A stretch of 64,000 nt of DNA, taken from Octopus bimaculoides. Lineage: Eukaryota. Shown in pieces: positions 52,622-64,000 of this stretch. The DNA lies in the NCBI RefSeq assembly GCF_001194135.2, contig NC_068986.1, positions 110,019,908 to 110,083,907 of the forward strand, in the 5' to 3' direction. Both the position numbers and the translations under genes were made by a program. Each line of letters begins with the position of its first letter. Position 1 is the stretch's first letter. The notes beneath the pieces are model-generated. The model saw only the letters and a list, made by a program, of their open reading frames with translations. It searched no databases and was not told where the DNA came from.

Positions 52622-52710
52622 CTGTGAAAGAAAAGAAATTATGTAAAAGTTATTTTATTGATCAAAATAAAGAATATCTATCTATCTGTCTGTCTGTCTG
52701 TCTGTCTGCC

Positions 52711-52753
<43 letters not shown>

Positions 52754-53409
52754 TTGTCTGTCTGTTTGTCTGTCTGTTTGTCTGTCTGTTTGTCTGTCTG
52801 TTTGTCTGTCTATCCATTCTACGATTTGAGAACGCATTTCATCACCTCAGTTGTCGTCCTAAACATTGACCAACACGGCAACCAACATATTTTCATCTGA
52901 TCAAATCGAACGTCGATACAAAAGCAATAGCAACTTCTTTTCACATTGAAGAAGATCCAGAAGTGATGACCGAAGAATAACAAATCCTTTATTCATTACC
53001 CTCCAGTTAAAAGCCTTTCAGTTGTTAGTCCGCTCAAAATTGTTCCACCTTCCTACTTCTGTTACATGACTCTAACCTCAATGCACTTTTTACGGCTTCG
53101 CTGTTAATAACTGTCATAGCAACGAAGTAGCTCGCAGTCGTCTGATTGTGTCTTCTACTTGTACAAACTTCTCATATTATGTTAAAATAAAAAAATCCTG
53201 ACGATTGATGTTAAACTAAACAAGCTTACCGGCTATAATCTGCTTTCTAGACACACAGTAACATAACCACAACCATTCAAACGCATACACATACACACAC
53301 ATGCGCATATATGTCATCAAATATTCTGTAAGACACAAGCTTGTTTTTAATTTGTACTTTGTGCGTTATATTATTTTCATTGTGAGTGTAACTTTTAATA
53401 GTATTTTTA

Positions 53410-53660
53410 GTAGGTCCCTTGGATATTACTGCTTCGAGTTCTACGACTCAGAACGTGTTCTGTGGTTTCCATCAGTGACCACATGCGCAATAATCTCGAT
53501 GAACAGGACACCAGTCCCTTACATGGTTACTCATTTACAAGTGACTGGATTGGAGCAACATGGAATGAACTGTTTCCTTCCAGAACACCGACTTCGGTAA
53601 TGCAAGCCACAGTTTGCTATCATGAGTGAAATAATCTAATCACTAGTCTACGCACCTTCA
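53410..53660 (-). mobile_element. SINE family C
   Basis: Minus strand tgaaggtgcgtag...ttgctccaatccagtcacttgtaaatgagtaac. Confidence 0.6.
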
Positions 53661-53999
53661 CTTAATATCTTCATCTCCACTTAATGCTTTGAGCTTCATA
53701 TTTATTCAATTTAGAAATCCCTTCCATTAGATACTATTAGCAGAGCTACAAGAACCAGCTGAGACGCTTATAATCAATTCTTTGTTCCATTCAGATGCGA
53801 TTATTACCATCTTTTCATTCTGGAGTTGATGTTAGCATTTATACTCTGAAAGTGAGAATGACGAAGTCTTGACCTCACATTATCATAACTCTTCGACCAC
53901 TGAAAAACTTTTAATGTTTGCACTCCGAGGTCAACTTCGCCTCTCATTCTTTCGGAATCGATATCCAAAGCAGTGGATTAACGGAAATGGTAGAGCACA

Positions 54000-54960
54000 G
54001 GTCTAGATGTCCTTGCAGTATTCGTTTCAGCTATCTGTATTTCTGCAACGATGCCTGTGATGACGCTAGTGTCAAACTGTATTGGTCTCGTTTATCCCTT
54101 AGACCTCATCAGTGGTGCAGAGAGAACAGATCTTCATGCATGGACGACGACAGTGTGTCTTCCATAAAATCGCTTGTCCAGGCTTGCATCTTGGAGGGGA
54201 GTTTTCCAGATGCGTAAAGACAGGTTTCTGTATGACATTGTTATTGTTGGAATTTATTCTTCACAAGCTTAAAAGCCACACTCTCTGCGGACTTTTAAGG
54301 TGTTTTCCATCGGTTGGGGACCTTGTCTATTTCTAGCATTTTCTAGTTACTTGTAGTCTTCAATGTGTTCGTGATCTCTTGGCTTGTGATAGTGGACCGT
54401 ATCTGTGGTCCACTATTTTCTTCTTGCTTTTATTTTCCCTATTTTTCCTTTGAAAATTTTGTTCTGTTGGTCATGTTTGTTTTATATTCCTACCCAGTTT
54501 CACTCAATTTCTGAGGTTGTTGGCATGTCACCTATAGACATGTGGGGTTTTTGTTACTTTGTTTTGTTTGTTGATTTTTGTCTCAGTTTCTGTAAAAAAT
54601 CTTTTACAATTATTTTAAATTCTGCATTTTCTCGGAAGAAGCGTTCGCGTTTTTCAGACCATCGCATGCGGCACTGATTAAATTTTTCATAAACTTCCAT
54701 GTATCTTCTTTATTTCTTATGCTGTATTGATGTTTCATATCGATCTTTTGATTTCCCATCTTTGATCTCTCTTTCTCGAATTCACAAATTAGAGAGAAGT
54801 ATTCTTTTGCTTTCTAATTTTGTTTATTATATTCACTTTCCATTTTGTGGTTTGGGATTTGTCTGGGCGGGGGTTTATATTTGTACGGGTCATTCCCAGT
54901 TACCCTGGATATCACTACAGCCGCCGCTGAATAGATCAGGTCGTTTAGCCTCCTTTGATA
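54000..54960 (-). mobile_element. Highly decayed R4/Dong-like RT N-terminal region
   Basis: Frameshifted EIDKVPNRW (cf. GIDKVPNFW) and RPI....VITGIVAEI. Confidence 0.5.
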
Positions 54961-54974
54961 TTATCATATGAATC

Positions 54975-55395
54975 ATAACAACTTATTTTTCTGGGTATGT
55001 GTTGATGACGCCGGCCTTCTTCGTACGTTTTAACAATGACTCCACGGCATTTATTATATACTACACAAGGCTGTTTTCGTCTGCTTCGATACAGTCCTGA
55101 CAACTGCTTAAACCTCTCCCCCCTTTCTTCTGGAAAAGTACAGCCTATCGGTGTCACTCTTAGGGTGGAAGTCTCCGTGTACTGTCAACATATTTCTGGT
55201 CTTCGTATCCATTTTCTTCACATCTCCCTTTTGCCATTTTATAATTCCCGCTCCATACCGAAGTGATGCTATCGCTCATGTATTAACTGCTTGGATTTTA
55301 TCCCATCCAGACAATTTTGAGCGCAACACCAACCTCAGTCTTCGGAAATACGTCATCCTCAGTTGCTTTTTCATTTCCCTGTCCAATACCTCGTT
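54975..55395 (-). mobile_element. R4/Dong-like RT thumb fragment
   Basis: YFRRLRLVLRSKLSGWDKIQAVNT, LRYGAGIIKW, HPKSDTDRLY, GGRGL. Confidence 0.85.
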
Positions 55396-55399
55396 GATA

Positions 55400-55441
55400 T
55401 TAGTAGTAGTAGTAGTAGTAGTTGTAGTAGTTGTAGTAGTT

Positions 55442-55489
<48 letters not shown>

Positions 55490-55870
55490 ATAGTATGTGA
55501 AAACTCACAGTTTATTTTGCTGGTTATGATGGAAAGTGTCAACTGTCCACAGCCAGCAGATTAAGGTGACACTTGATTACTGATCATGTTTCAAGAACCC
55601 TGCGGAGAATTCTTGCTGTTCCAAGCATTGCTAATTTTTGTAGGTGTTCTACCTTCACACGTGCATCAGTGTTTTTCAGCCATGTTGATAGTTGAGTGTA
55701 GATACTTCCAAGTGTTAATGATATCGCGTCTCCTCTCCTCATTGACCACAACCTTCGTATTTCCCACTTAAAATCGTCATAGTTGTTTATTTTTTTTCTT
55801 CTTCTTTCACATTGATCCTTTTGTTACCGAGGAATGCTTTGTCAATTGCTAACCAAAGACATGTATTAGA
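55400..55870 (-). mobile_element. R4/Dong-like LINE 3' end with (TAC)n tail
   Basis: KEEEKINNYDDFKWEIRRLW...EHLQKLAMLGTARILRRVLET*, short UTR, then (TAC)n at about 55400-55490. Confidence 0.85.
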
Positions 55871-56172
55871 CATTAGTCATCATATAGGCGAAAAAGGCGA
55901 AAAAACCCACCAGGAACGGCGTGAAGGTAGTATGTAGCTAAGATGTATTGCACCCTGGCCTGAAGGATTTGGCTGAGAACGAACAATGAAGAAGGTAACT
56001 TCGTGAACGAAGGGGAGAATTTCAATAGGCCAAAAAAGAAGAAAAGGAGACGCGAAGTGAAGAATGGAACCTTATTTCCTGCTTTAACTGAGGAAAGGTA
56101 AATGAAAGTGTTTAGCTATTGCTAAGTGGACGAAGCAAGAAAACAATTTCCATTTAATGTATATTAGAATTC

Positions 56173-56381
56173 AAGGCAGCGAGCTTGGCAGAAACGTTAG
56201 TACGACGGGCGAAATGTTTAGCGGTATTTCGTCTGTCTTTATGTTCTGAGTTCAAATTCATCCGAAGTCAAATTTGCCTTTCGGGGTCGATAAATTAAGT
56301 ACCAGTTGCGTACTGGGGTCGATTTAATCGACTGGACCCTCCCCCAAATTTCGGGTCTTGTGTCTAGAGTAGAAAAGAATA
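56173..56381 (+). mobile_element. SINE family B, full length, with a probable 13-bp target-site duplication
   Basis: Flanks tatattagaattc (56160-56172) and tatcttagaattc (56382-56394); A/B-box-like head ggcagaaacgttag...gagttcaaattc. Confidence 0.9.
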
Positions 56382-56477
56382 TATCTTAGAATTCCGTTTG
56401 GATTTCATTTTATGCTTTTTTTTTTTTTACAATTTTTTTTTCTACATATCTCTATAACTGTATTCTTATCGAAACAG

Positions 56478-56533
56478 AGCTGTGGCTTATGGAAGCTGTG
56501 GCTTATGGAAGCTGTGGCTTATGGAAGCTGTGG
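56478..56533. repeat. 16-bp tandem repeat AGCTGTGGCTTATGGA x3.5
   Basis: Three perfect copies plus 8 nt. Confidence 0.95.
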
Positions 56534-56984
56534 ATAGTTTCAGTTCCAGCTTCTCAGTTAGCTTAAAACGCTATTTTAATAAGTTGAAGCTGTGCTTTAT
56601 AACTAAAACGATGTTTTATCTATTATATTATTCCTAGCAAGAATTTCACTTTTTAATATTAATCCGACTGCTCTGTACTTTGCAAATTCTCCCGTTCATT
56701 TCTCTGTAGGCTGATTCTTTCTAGTTTCATCTACTTTATCTAAGTATTTGCAGGGATGTGTTTTATCTAATTCACTCGCTGTATCTAATTTAATATTCCC
56801 AGTTTGAGTTAATTCACCGATTCATCTTTTCTGCATACTAACGTTGGCAACTTTGCTTAATCCACAGTTATTTTTATCTTATTTTAAGCCATTTTAATAA
56901 GTTCTACAACAGGATATTACCAGTTATAAATACTTCTAAGTCATCCATATTTATAGTTTCTCTTTTTTATTCTGATAGCATCTA

Positions 56985-57085
56985 GAGTGAAGGTGTATGG
57001 TCTCCTGGTTAGGTTATAGCATTCACCATCACACGATCGTGATTTCGATTCCGGAAGAAGAATTGTGTTCTTGAGTCAGAAACGT
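56985..57085 (+). mobile_element. SINE family C head
   Basis: tgaaggtgtatgg...cacgatcgtgatttcgattcc...gtgttcttgag. Confidence 0.55.
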
Positions 57086-57368
57086 CAAACGATTAATGAT
57101 GTAACATCAATAATAATTGGTGCTTTTATTTTACAACTTAACTGAGTTGGGAACATGAGTAGAATTACGATTGTTTTACATTTTGGAATAGTTTGCATAT
57201 TATTTGTATTGAGATTGCTTTATCTATGTTAAATGTCTCCACTCTCTAAAGGTGTTGTATAGAATAAAATACTCTCGGATAATGACGCGAGTCATTCATT
57301 TATATTTCATTGCTATTATCTTTACCCGATCTGCTTTTTAACGCTTTACATCCCTTTTGATCGTTTTG

Positions 57369-57705
57369 TTATACGTTATTACTTTCCGGGTGAGAGAGCA
57401 GAACGCTTGTTGTTTTACTTGTTGAATTTAGAGCGCGCATGTCCTTTGTAGGGCTTCTGAGGCCGGTGAGATTAATGCTGTGAAAAGTTCTCTTACACTG
57501 TGGCATGTTGACACGTGCAGGCAAGACATAAGCAGGGAAGATATTTTTTCTTTTTTGGTGGCGAGTAGCGGTGAAGAAAGGACTGGGTAAAATTGTTTGT
57601 CCAGGACCTGTCGGGATAGACAAAGGAGAACTGCTGGGAGGAGACCTAGTTGAGAATAGCTGGCAAGAGGAAACCAGCTCCTGGGGGAAAGGGCCGTTAC
57701 AGTAA
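57369..57705 (-). other. Unique, GC-richer island; candidate coding exon (unverified)
   Basis: Strong acceptor gtttcttttctacag at 57706 followed by two frames open for about 110 and 92 codons; no recognisable homology. Confidence 0.2.
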
Positions 57706-58776
57706 CTGTAGAAAAGAAACTGTAGTCTGGATCAAGTTTATGAGTGATTTTATAAGAATCGTTTGATTTTAGTTTCTCAGGAAATGAGGGACGGAGTTAT
57801 TTCATGTTAGTCAATGAAAGGATTGTACAGGGTGGATGGGAAAGCTATGTAAGTTGTTGGCAAGTAATGTGTCTGGGGGTTTGTTTTTCTAAATTAATGT
57901 TTGGTCTGGTGTGGAATATATTCAGCTTCTTCAAGTTCGTTGAATCATCGTTGTTATCGCTGTTGTTGGTGTTGATATTCATAATCATTATCATCAACCC
58001 CCCTCCCCCCACCGCCGACGCCACCATCACCACCACTACCAAAACCAGCACCAGCACCACCAGCACCAGCGCCAGCACAACCAGCATCCCCACCACCACC
58101 ACCAACACCACCACCGCCGTCGCCGACACCAGCAGCAGTAGCAGCAGCACCACCACCACCACCACCACCACCAAATTCTTCTCCTCTTCCCCCCAATCTT
58201 TCTTCTTCATATTAATTATTTCTTCGTCTGTCTTCATATCAATCATTTCACTTCTATTTTGTATTTCTTCACTTTCACCTGACAACAAACTTCTCAATGT
58301 TTTTATCCATATTTTCTAACTATTTATGATAATTATTCACTATTCTACCCTGGATAATTCCCTACTCCTAAATGGTTATTTCATAATTAATTTCTAATTG
58401 CATAATTAAATCTATAACAATGTCATGAACACTGGTAAATATTTTGCTATGTCAAACATTAGGTTGTGTCTTCTAAACGCAGTTATTCTTCTTCGTTCGT
58501 TAGTTTTCTGTTAAGTCTTTCCAGTTCGTTTAAAATCCAGTTGAGATAAATACAACTGTAACTAATTGGTAAGACACAGAGCATTGATAGTTTTGACACT
58601 TTTTGCATTTAGCATACTTTTAAGTATCAATCAATTCGATTACATAATATTCGATACAGAATATTTATAATATTCCTTCTTAATCTTTTGTTTTCCTTTG
58701 TATGTTGAAATCTGTTCAATTGACTTATTTCTAAATATTTGCTTTCTAATTCTCTTATCACCGCTTCATTCTCTAA

Positions 58777-60028
58777 TCTCTCTCTATATAAAATTCTTTG
58801 TCTGCCTGTCTGTCTGTCTGCCTATCTGTCTGTCTGTTCCCTGTACATTCTCAAAAGGCTCGACCAAATCAAATCAAATTTTACAAGGTTATAGTATTAG
58901 ACTCCCGCGAGTGTCAACATGTAATTTTAGTTTTATTTGAATTAAAACAATATAACATTTTATCTAAAATAATCTTTCTATAGTCAACTATAGTAAAAGA
59001 CATTTTATACGACGACGGCTACGACGTCACATTTTGTATATAAGTGTGAGTCTGTGAGTGTGTGTATGTGTTTGCGCGTTCTTTACGTACGACATCGTAA
59101 AGGACATTTTATACCACAACGACGGCACATTTTGTATATGAGTGTTTATGTATCTGTAAGTGTGTGTGTGTCTGTGCGTTCATTACGTAAATGCATGTCT
59201 GTGAGCGTATGTATGTAAGCGTATATGAGAGTGTATATGTATATCAGTGTATGTGTGATTGTCAATTACACTGATGTATACTGGCGATGTGAAAAAGCTA
59301 TCTGGTCTCTAACTAATGAAATGGTTGATAAACTCAATCATAAATCTCTTCAAAGGTTAACAGGTACATCAGAAATGACTTTTCCATCAATTCACACAAA
59401 TGTCGATAAAAATCAGGCTTTTCAATACCCTGATGAATTTCTGAACACACTTAAACTCACTGGGAAACCACTGCTTAGGAATCTTACACACCTCGACTGA
59501 GTAATGGAACTCGCCTAATTGTAAATTTCATGAAACCCCATGTCCTATGGCAACAACCATAACAAGTAGTCACAAAGAAAATGTCTTTATTCCAAAATTT
59601 TCTCTCATACCTACAGATGTTCCATTTGAATTTAAAAGCTTCAGTTTCCAGTCAAATAAAGTTTTGGCATTTCAATTAACAAATCTCAGGGGTCAATCCC
59701 TCAAGGCAGTTGGACCTCATCTCTCTCGTGCATGCTTCTCCTACGGTCAACTCTATGGTGGTTGCTCACGAGTTGGAAGCAGCAACAATTTATTCATTTG
59801 GATACCAACAAAAAACTACACAATGAATATTGTTTACCCTCAGGTGCTTCAAGATCGACAGCTTTTCAGTTCTAAATTCCATTATAATTACAATGTGGAT
59901 ATTTTAAAATAAAATATAGATATTTATTTTGAAATAATTTTGAAGAAAAATCTATATCTTCATATTTATTGTTTTCTAATCTGAATAACTACAGCAGTAC
60001 CCCGAGCAACGCCAAATAATTCATCTAG
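58777..60028 (+). mobile_element. Non-autonomous Helitron with a PIF1-helicase remnant
   Basis: A|TC 5' end at 58777; decayed QYPDEFLN, FIPKFSLIPTDVPFEFK, GQSLKAVG, CFSYGQLYGGCSRVGS, NIVYPQVL; 3' cccgagcaacgcc (decayed hairpin) then CTAG|T at 60025-60029. Confidence 0.85.
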
Positions 60029-60030
60029 TA

Positions 60031-60405
60031 TTTTATATCTTTTTATCTTTTAAGTCATTGGATTGCGGCCATGCTGGGCTTAGTCCAAAAAATCAGTCCC
60101 ATTTCTTACTTTTAAGTTTGACAAAGTAGCTGTCATATTTACCGAACCAATAAGTTACCGGGATGTAGACAAACCAACACCAGTTGTCAAGCGTTCGTGG
60201 GGAACAAACACAAACACTAAAATGCAATACACACATAAATATACACGACGGCCTTCACTCATTTTCTCGTCAATAAATTTTCTCGCCAACCAAATTTTCT
60301 CACAAGGCATTGGTCGCCCCAAGGCTATAACAGAAGATACTTGCTCAAGATGCAGCACGCAGTAAGACTGAACATGAAACCATTAACTACATAACCAAAC
60401 CTGTA
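60031..60405 (-). mobile_element. SINE family A, diverged, abutting the Helitron 3' end
   Basis: ttggattgcggccatgctgg...taagttaccgggatgtag...ctcacaaggcattggtcgccccaaggctata. Confidence 0.75.
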
Positions 60406-61079
60406 ATCTTCTAAATCAATTTTGCTCATTTTAAGGTTGCCTTGGAACATTTAGCTATTTTGAATTTCATCCATGTTTCCCCAGTAAACCCGTGCATCAT
60501 TTGTAGCTGAGTTTCTACTTGTTTATTTTCTGCCGCATGCACCCTAAAATTGAAAAGCTCCTTTTACAGAGAACGGTTGTCTCCACTTAGCATTTATATC
60601 TGAATCTAGTCCCTTCTGTCAATGTCATATTCAGAGAAAATTGTACACAGTATCACTTGGTCTATTTTGAAATGAAATGTTCAACACGTTGTTTGGGATT
60701 TCAGTTCACACCAGACCTATGGACGTATGGACATTAAGTATTTACTATGTTTATAATTCGTTCACTTTTATCGTTTTTTATCTGCGAAACGCAAGCGTCT
60801 GTCCGTAGGCTCAGTGTAGTGGTAAACCCAAATGCTGTAACTCTGCAGAGATGTGAAATAAACATGCGCTGGGAAGAGAACACTTGACTCTGGTTGCAAA
60901 CTTTGCCTGAGGACATACTCCTGCAACCTAATTCCTATCATTTGTAGATCAACTAAATTACATATAGTTGTCATGCGCAAATATATGGAGATAGGCAGAT
61001 ATATAGAGAAAGAAGAGAGAGAAGGGAAGTGAGAGAAAGACACAGAGAGAAAGAGAGATAAGAGGAAAGAGAGAAAGTG

Positions 61080-61582
61080 AAAGAGTAGTGGTGACGGTAG
61101 TGGTAGCAGTAGCAGTAGCAACAGCAGCAGCAGCAGCAACAACAATGATAGTAGTAGTAGTAGTAGGCAAATACCATTTTAGCAGGACTTGTAATTGTAA
61201 AAACGCAATGAAGATCATCGTCATCATCACCATCATCATCATCATCGCCGTCGTTTTCGTCGTCAGCGTCGAGGTCATTGTCATCAGCCTCCTCTTTTTG
61301 CTCATTTTCATCGTCGTCATCATATTCATTACTGTCGCCGTCCTCCTCTTCCTTATTCGCAAGACCCCCACGAAGGCTTCCACTACCACCACCAACACCA
61401 CCACCACTGCCACTACCACCACCATGTGCATTCTCCTGCGCCGCATCATCATCATCATCATCATCATCATGACAACAAGCGAGAATTGCAACGATTTCAC
61501 AGCAACTCCAGCATCATCGACATCAGAAACAACAATAGCAACAATAATATTGTCAAAAGCAGAAGTCGCAGGAAAAATTAGC

Positions 61583-61614
<32 letters not shown>

Positions 61615-61962
61615 AAACAATATCGGTGGCAAGCAAAAAGAAGAGTGAACAGCAACATCAGCTACTACTGGAGCAAGAAGAAGAAGAAGAAGAAGAAGAA
61701 GAAGAAGAAGAAGAAGAAGAAGAAGAAGAAGAAGAAGAAGAAGAAGAAGAGCAACAACAACAACAAGGCCAGAAGTAACTACTACGGCAACAGCAACAAC
61801 AATAACAATAATAATGTTAACCACAATGAAATTGCTAAGGAACACGAGGAGATTTTTAATTAAAACATCAACCACAAGATTTAATTTGATGATTGGAAAA
61901 ATAAAGTTGAGTTGAAGGGAGAAAACGAAAGAGAAAGCGAAAGAGAGAAAAAAGGGAGAGAA

Positions 61963-62036
<74 letters not shown>

Positions 62037-62040
62037 AAGA
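61080..62040. repeat. Trinucleotide mosaic (AGT/AGC/ATC/ACC/AAC/AAG)n then (GA)n
   Basis: Read directly. Confidence 0.9.
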
Positions 62041-62293
62041 GAAAAACAACTACAAAGACAACAACAGCTGAGAATCGAAGAAACCTGAATTGATTTTTAT
62101 ACTTTTGTTAGTTGTTTTTATATGAAAAAATAAATCTGTTTGAAGGCGTAATAGCGACACACGTATACACATATGCACACAAGCACAAATACACACAAGC
62201 ACAAATACACACACACACTCCTGCACATATATGTACATTCACCATTCTATGGCGCAACACACATGCACACACATACATATATGCATATGTACC

Positions 62294-62324
<31 letters not shown>

Positions 62325-62592
62325 ATACAGACACTATACTATACAGCACAACATGAGTACACATATATACACAATATCATACTGCATATACATACATGAA
62401 TATTATGCCATACAGACACACACATACGCATATACTATGCTATATCATATAAACATATACATCATACTACATCACACCACCAATACACGCATACACACAC
62501 GTATTACCATAAACAGCAAATGATATATATATTCTGTATTTGACTTGCAAGATTCTTTGTGTGAATTCGTGTATTGAAGCACATTTTATTGT

Positions 62593-62688
62593 CTGGGGAG
62601 AGTCATTCTCTTTTAGTGCGTTATTACTTAACTCTAACCGGTAAGTGTTTTAAGTAATAAGGCATGAAATGAAAATGACTCTCCCCAG
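62593..62688. repeat. 96-bp palindrome, 39-bp arms, 18-nt loop
   Basis: 62593-62631 vs reverse complement of 62650-62688: 34/39 identical. Confidence 0.9.
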
Positions 62689-62731
62689 GCCCAATTACAC
62701 ACACACACACGCACACACACACGTATATATA

Positions 62732-63995
62732 TCATGTTGAGTAAAAATACGCAACGTTTTGAAACATGAAATTCATCAGAATATATTTCAGCAATGCTGA
62801 AATTTTATCCATCAAAGCAAGTACCATTACAATCAACACGTGTTTGCCAACGAGTTACAAGTTTGTTTATTCCGGAGTTCTGGAGCTGATGAACTCTTTG
62901 AACGCACTTTTAGCATCGGTTTGATTTTTGAACTTCTCTCACAGGAAACCATCAAGGTGCTTGACAAAGTGGTAGTAGGAGAAAGGTCTGGGGAATAAGT
63001 TGGGTGGGGATGTAACTCGTAGCTAAGTTCTCTCATCATTTGGAGTGCCATTAGGGAAACGTATAGTCGAGCATCGTCATGAAGAATGATTAGCCTTCAC
63101 CTGTTGACCAGTCTGGGACGGAGGAGTAGCAGTTTTCCGTTCATTTTGGTAATTTCATGGTAATATGTTTCTGCAGTAATGGTTTTCAGGGTTTTAAGAA
63201 GTTATAGTGGATGTGTCCAGCAGTACAGCATCAAACAGCTACCATAACCTTCTTTTTGAAGAGCTCGGGTTTAGGGAAGGCTTTCAGTGCTTCATTTTCG
63301 TCCAACTACTGTGAAGAACGTTTTTTTTTTTTATTATTGTACAGAATCCACTTTCCATCGCAAGTTACAATATGGTCGAGAAATGGATCTGTCTGGTTAC
63401 GGAGAAGAAGCAATGAACAAATTTCATATCAGCGTATTTTCTGATTTTTATTCAAATCGTGTTACAATTTCGTGAAGCGTTTTTTGATTTTCCGATCGCA
63501 TAGGAACGGTTTCCGGCAGTTTTCCGGCTAACTTATTCTTTTGCCAGTTCTTGAGTGGTTTTACGTGGATCTTTCTCAATGACGGTCTTTAATTGACCGT
63601 CATTGAAGACAGCGCCCATGATCCTCAAGGCTCAGGTCGCCACTGCGAAATTGTTTTTACCATTTTCGAGCTGACCACTCACTGGTCATTTCCCCATCAA
63701 ACGTTTCGGTGATATCGCGATCAATTTCAGCTGCTTTTCGTCCTTTTTTTGAAGTTGAATAGAAAATTATTTGAATATCGCGCTTTGACAGTTCCATTTC
63801 AGATGATTATAGCACCAGTGAAAAGGTGAAGAAAATATCAATGTTAATTTATTGATGCATTTGGGCAAGTCTATGTCTGTATTATCAGATAACTGCAAAA
63901 AGAAAAAGATTGTTTAAACAGTATTCAAAACTCTGGAAATATCCGCTACAATTTCTTCAAGGTTCAAAACGTTGCATACTTTATACTCAAACTGA
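62732..63995 (-). mobile_element. Full-length mariner (Hsmar1/cecropia-like) element, 1264 bp, TA-flanked
   Basis: TIRs tcatgttgagtaaaaatacgcaacgttttgaa and (reverse complement) tcagtttgagtataaagtatgcaacgttttgaa; TA on both sides. Confidence 0.9.
62805..63797 (-). pseudogene. Mariner transposase pseudogene
   Basis: MELSKRDI..FKKGRKAAE, IVTCDGKWIL, ILHDDAR, HPTYSPDLSPT (third D lost), RWQTRVDCNGTCFDG*; multiple stops and frameshifts. Confidence 0.9.
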
Positions 63996-64000
63996 TATAT

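Noticed and set aside
38231-56533. 20-bp and 16-bp tandem repeats considered as CRISPR-like
   Set aside because: No unique spacers, no cas genes, eukaryotic context.
60958-62049. 363-aa ORF, the longest in the track, and overlapping 57804-58319-type ORFs
   Set aside because: Homopolymeric runs from trinucleotide repeats that lack stops in several frames.

Overview
Repeat-dominated eukaryotic scaffold with about 19 N-gaps, most abutting (TA)n or (CA)n tracts. The SINE families, microsatellite load and AT-richness look like an octopus (coleoid cephalopod) genome; this is recognition from memory, not a database result. I found no recognisable host protein-coding gene, true tRNA/rRNA gene or CRISPR array, and nearly all long ORFs in the track are microsatellite, N-gap or decayed-transposon artefacts. 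The supported content is about 20 tRNA-derived SINE copies (at least four families), decayed LINEs (R4/Dong-type with RLE endonuclease, RTE, CR1-like, Penelope-like RT), three Tc1/mariner elements (one full length with both TIRs), one internally deleted Helitron and several foldback elements. The most interesting signals are: (1) Penelope-type minimal hammerhead-ribozyme-like motifs in inverted or tandem pairs, one inside a 362-bp palindromic insertion with an 8-bp target duplication in a LINE RT; (2) a head-to-tail stack of R4/Dong-like 3' ends with (GTAT)n at the junctions, suggesting microsatellite targeting; (3) a SINE and a CR1-like LINE sharing a 3' tail; (4) a DD36E Tc1; (5) low-confidence microexon, exon and pre-miRNA candidates.
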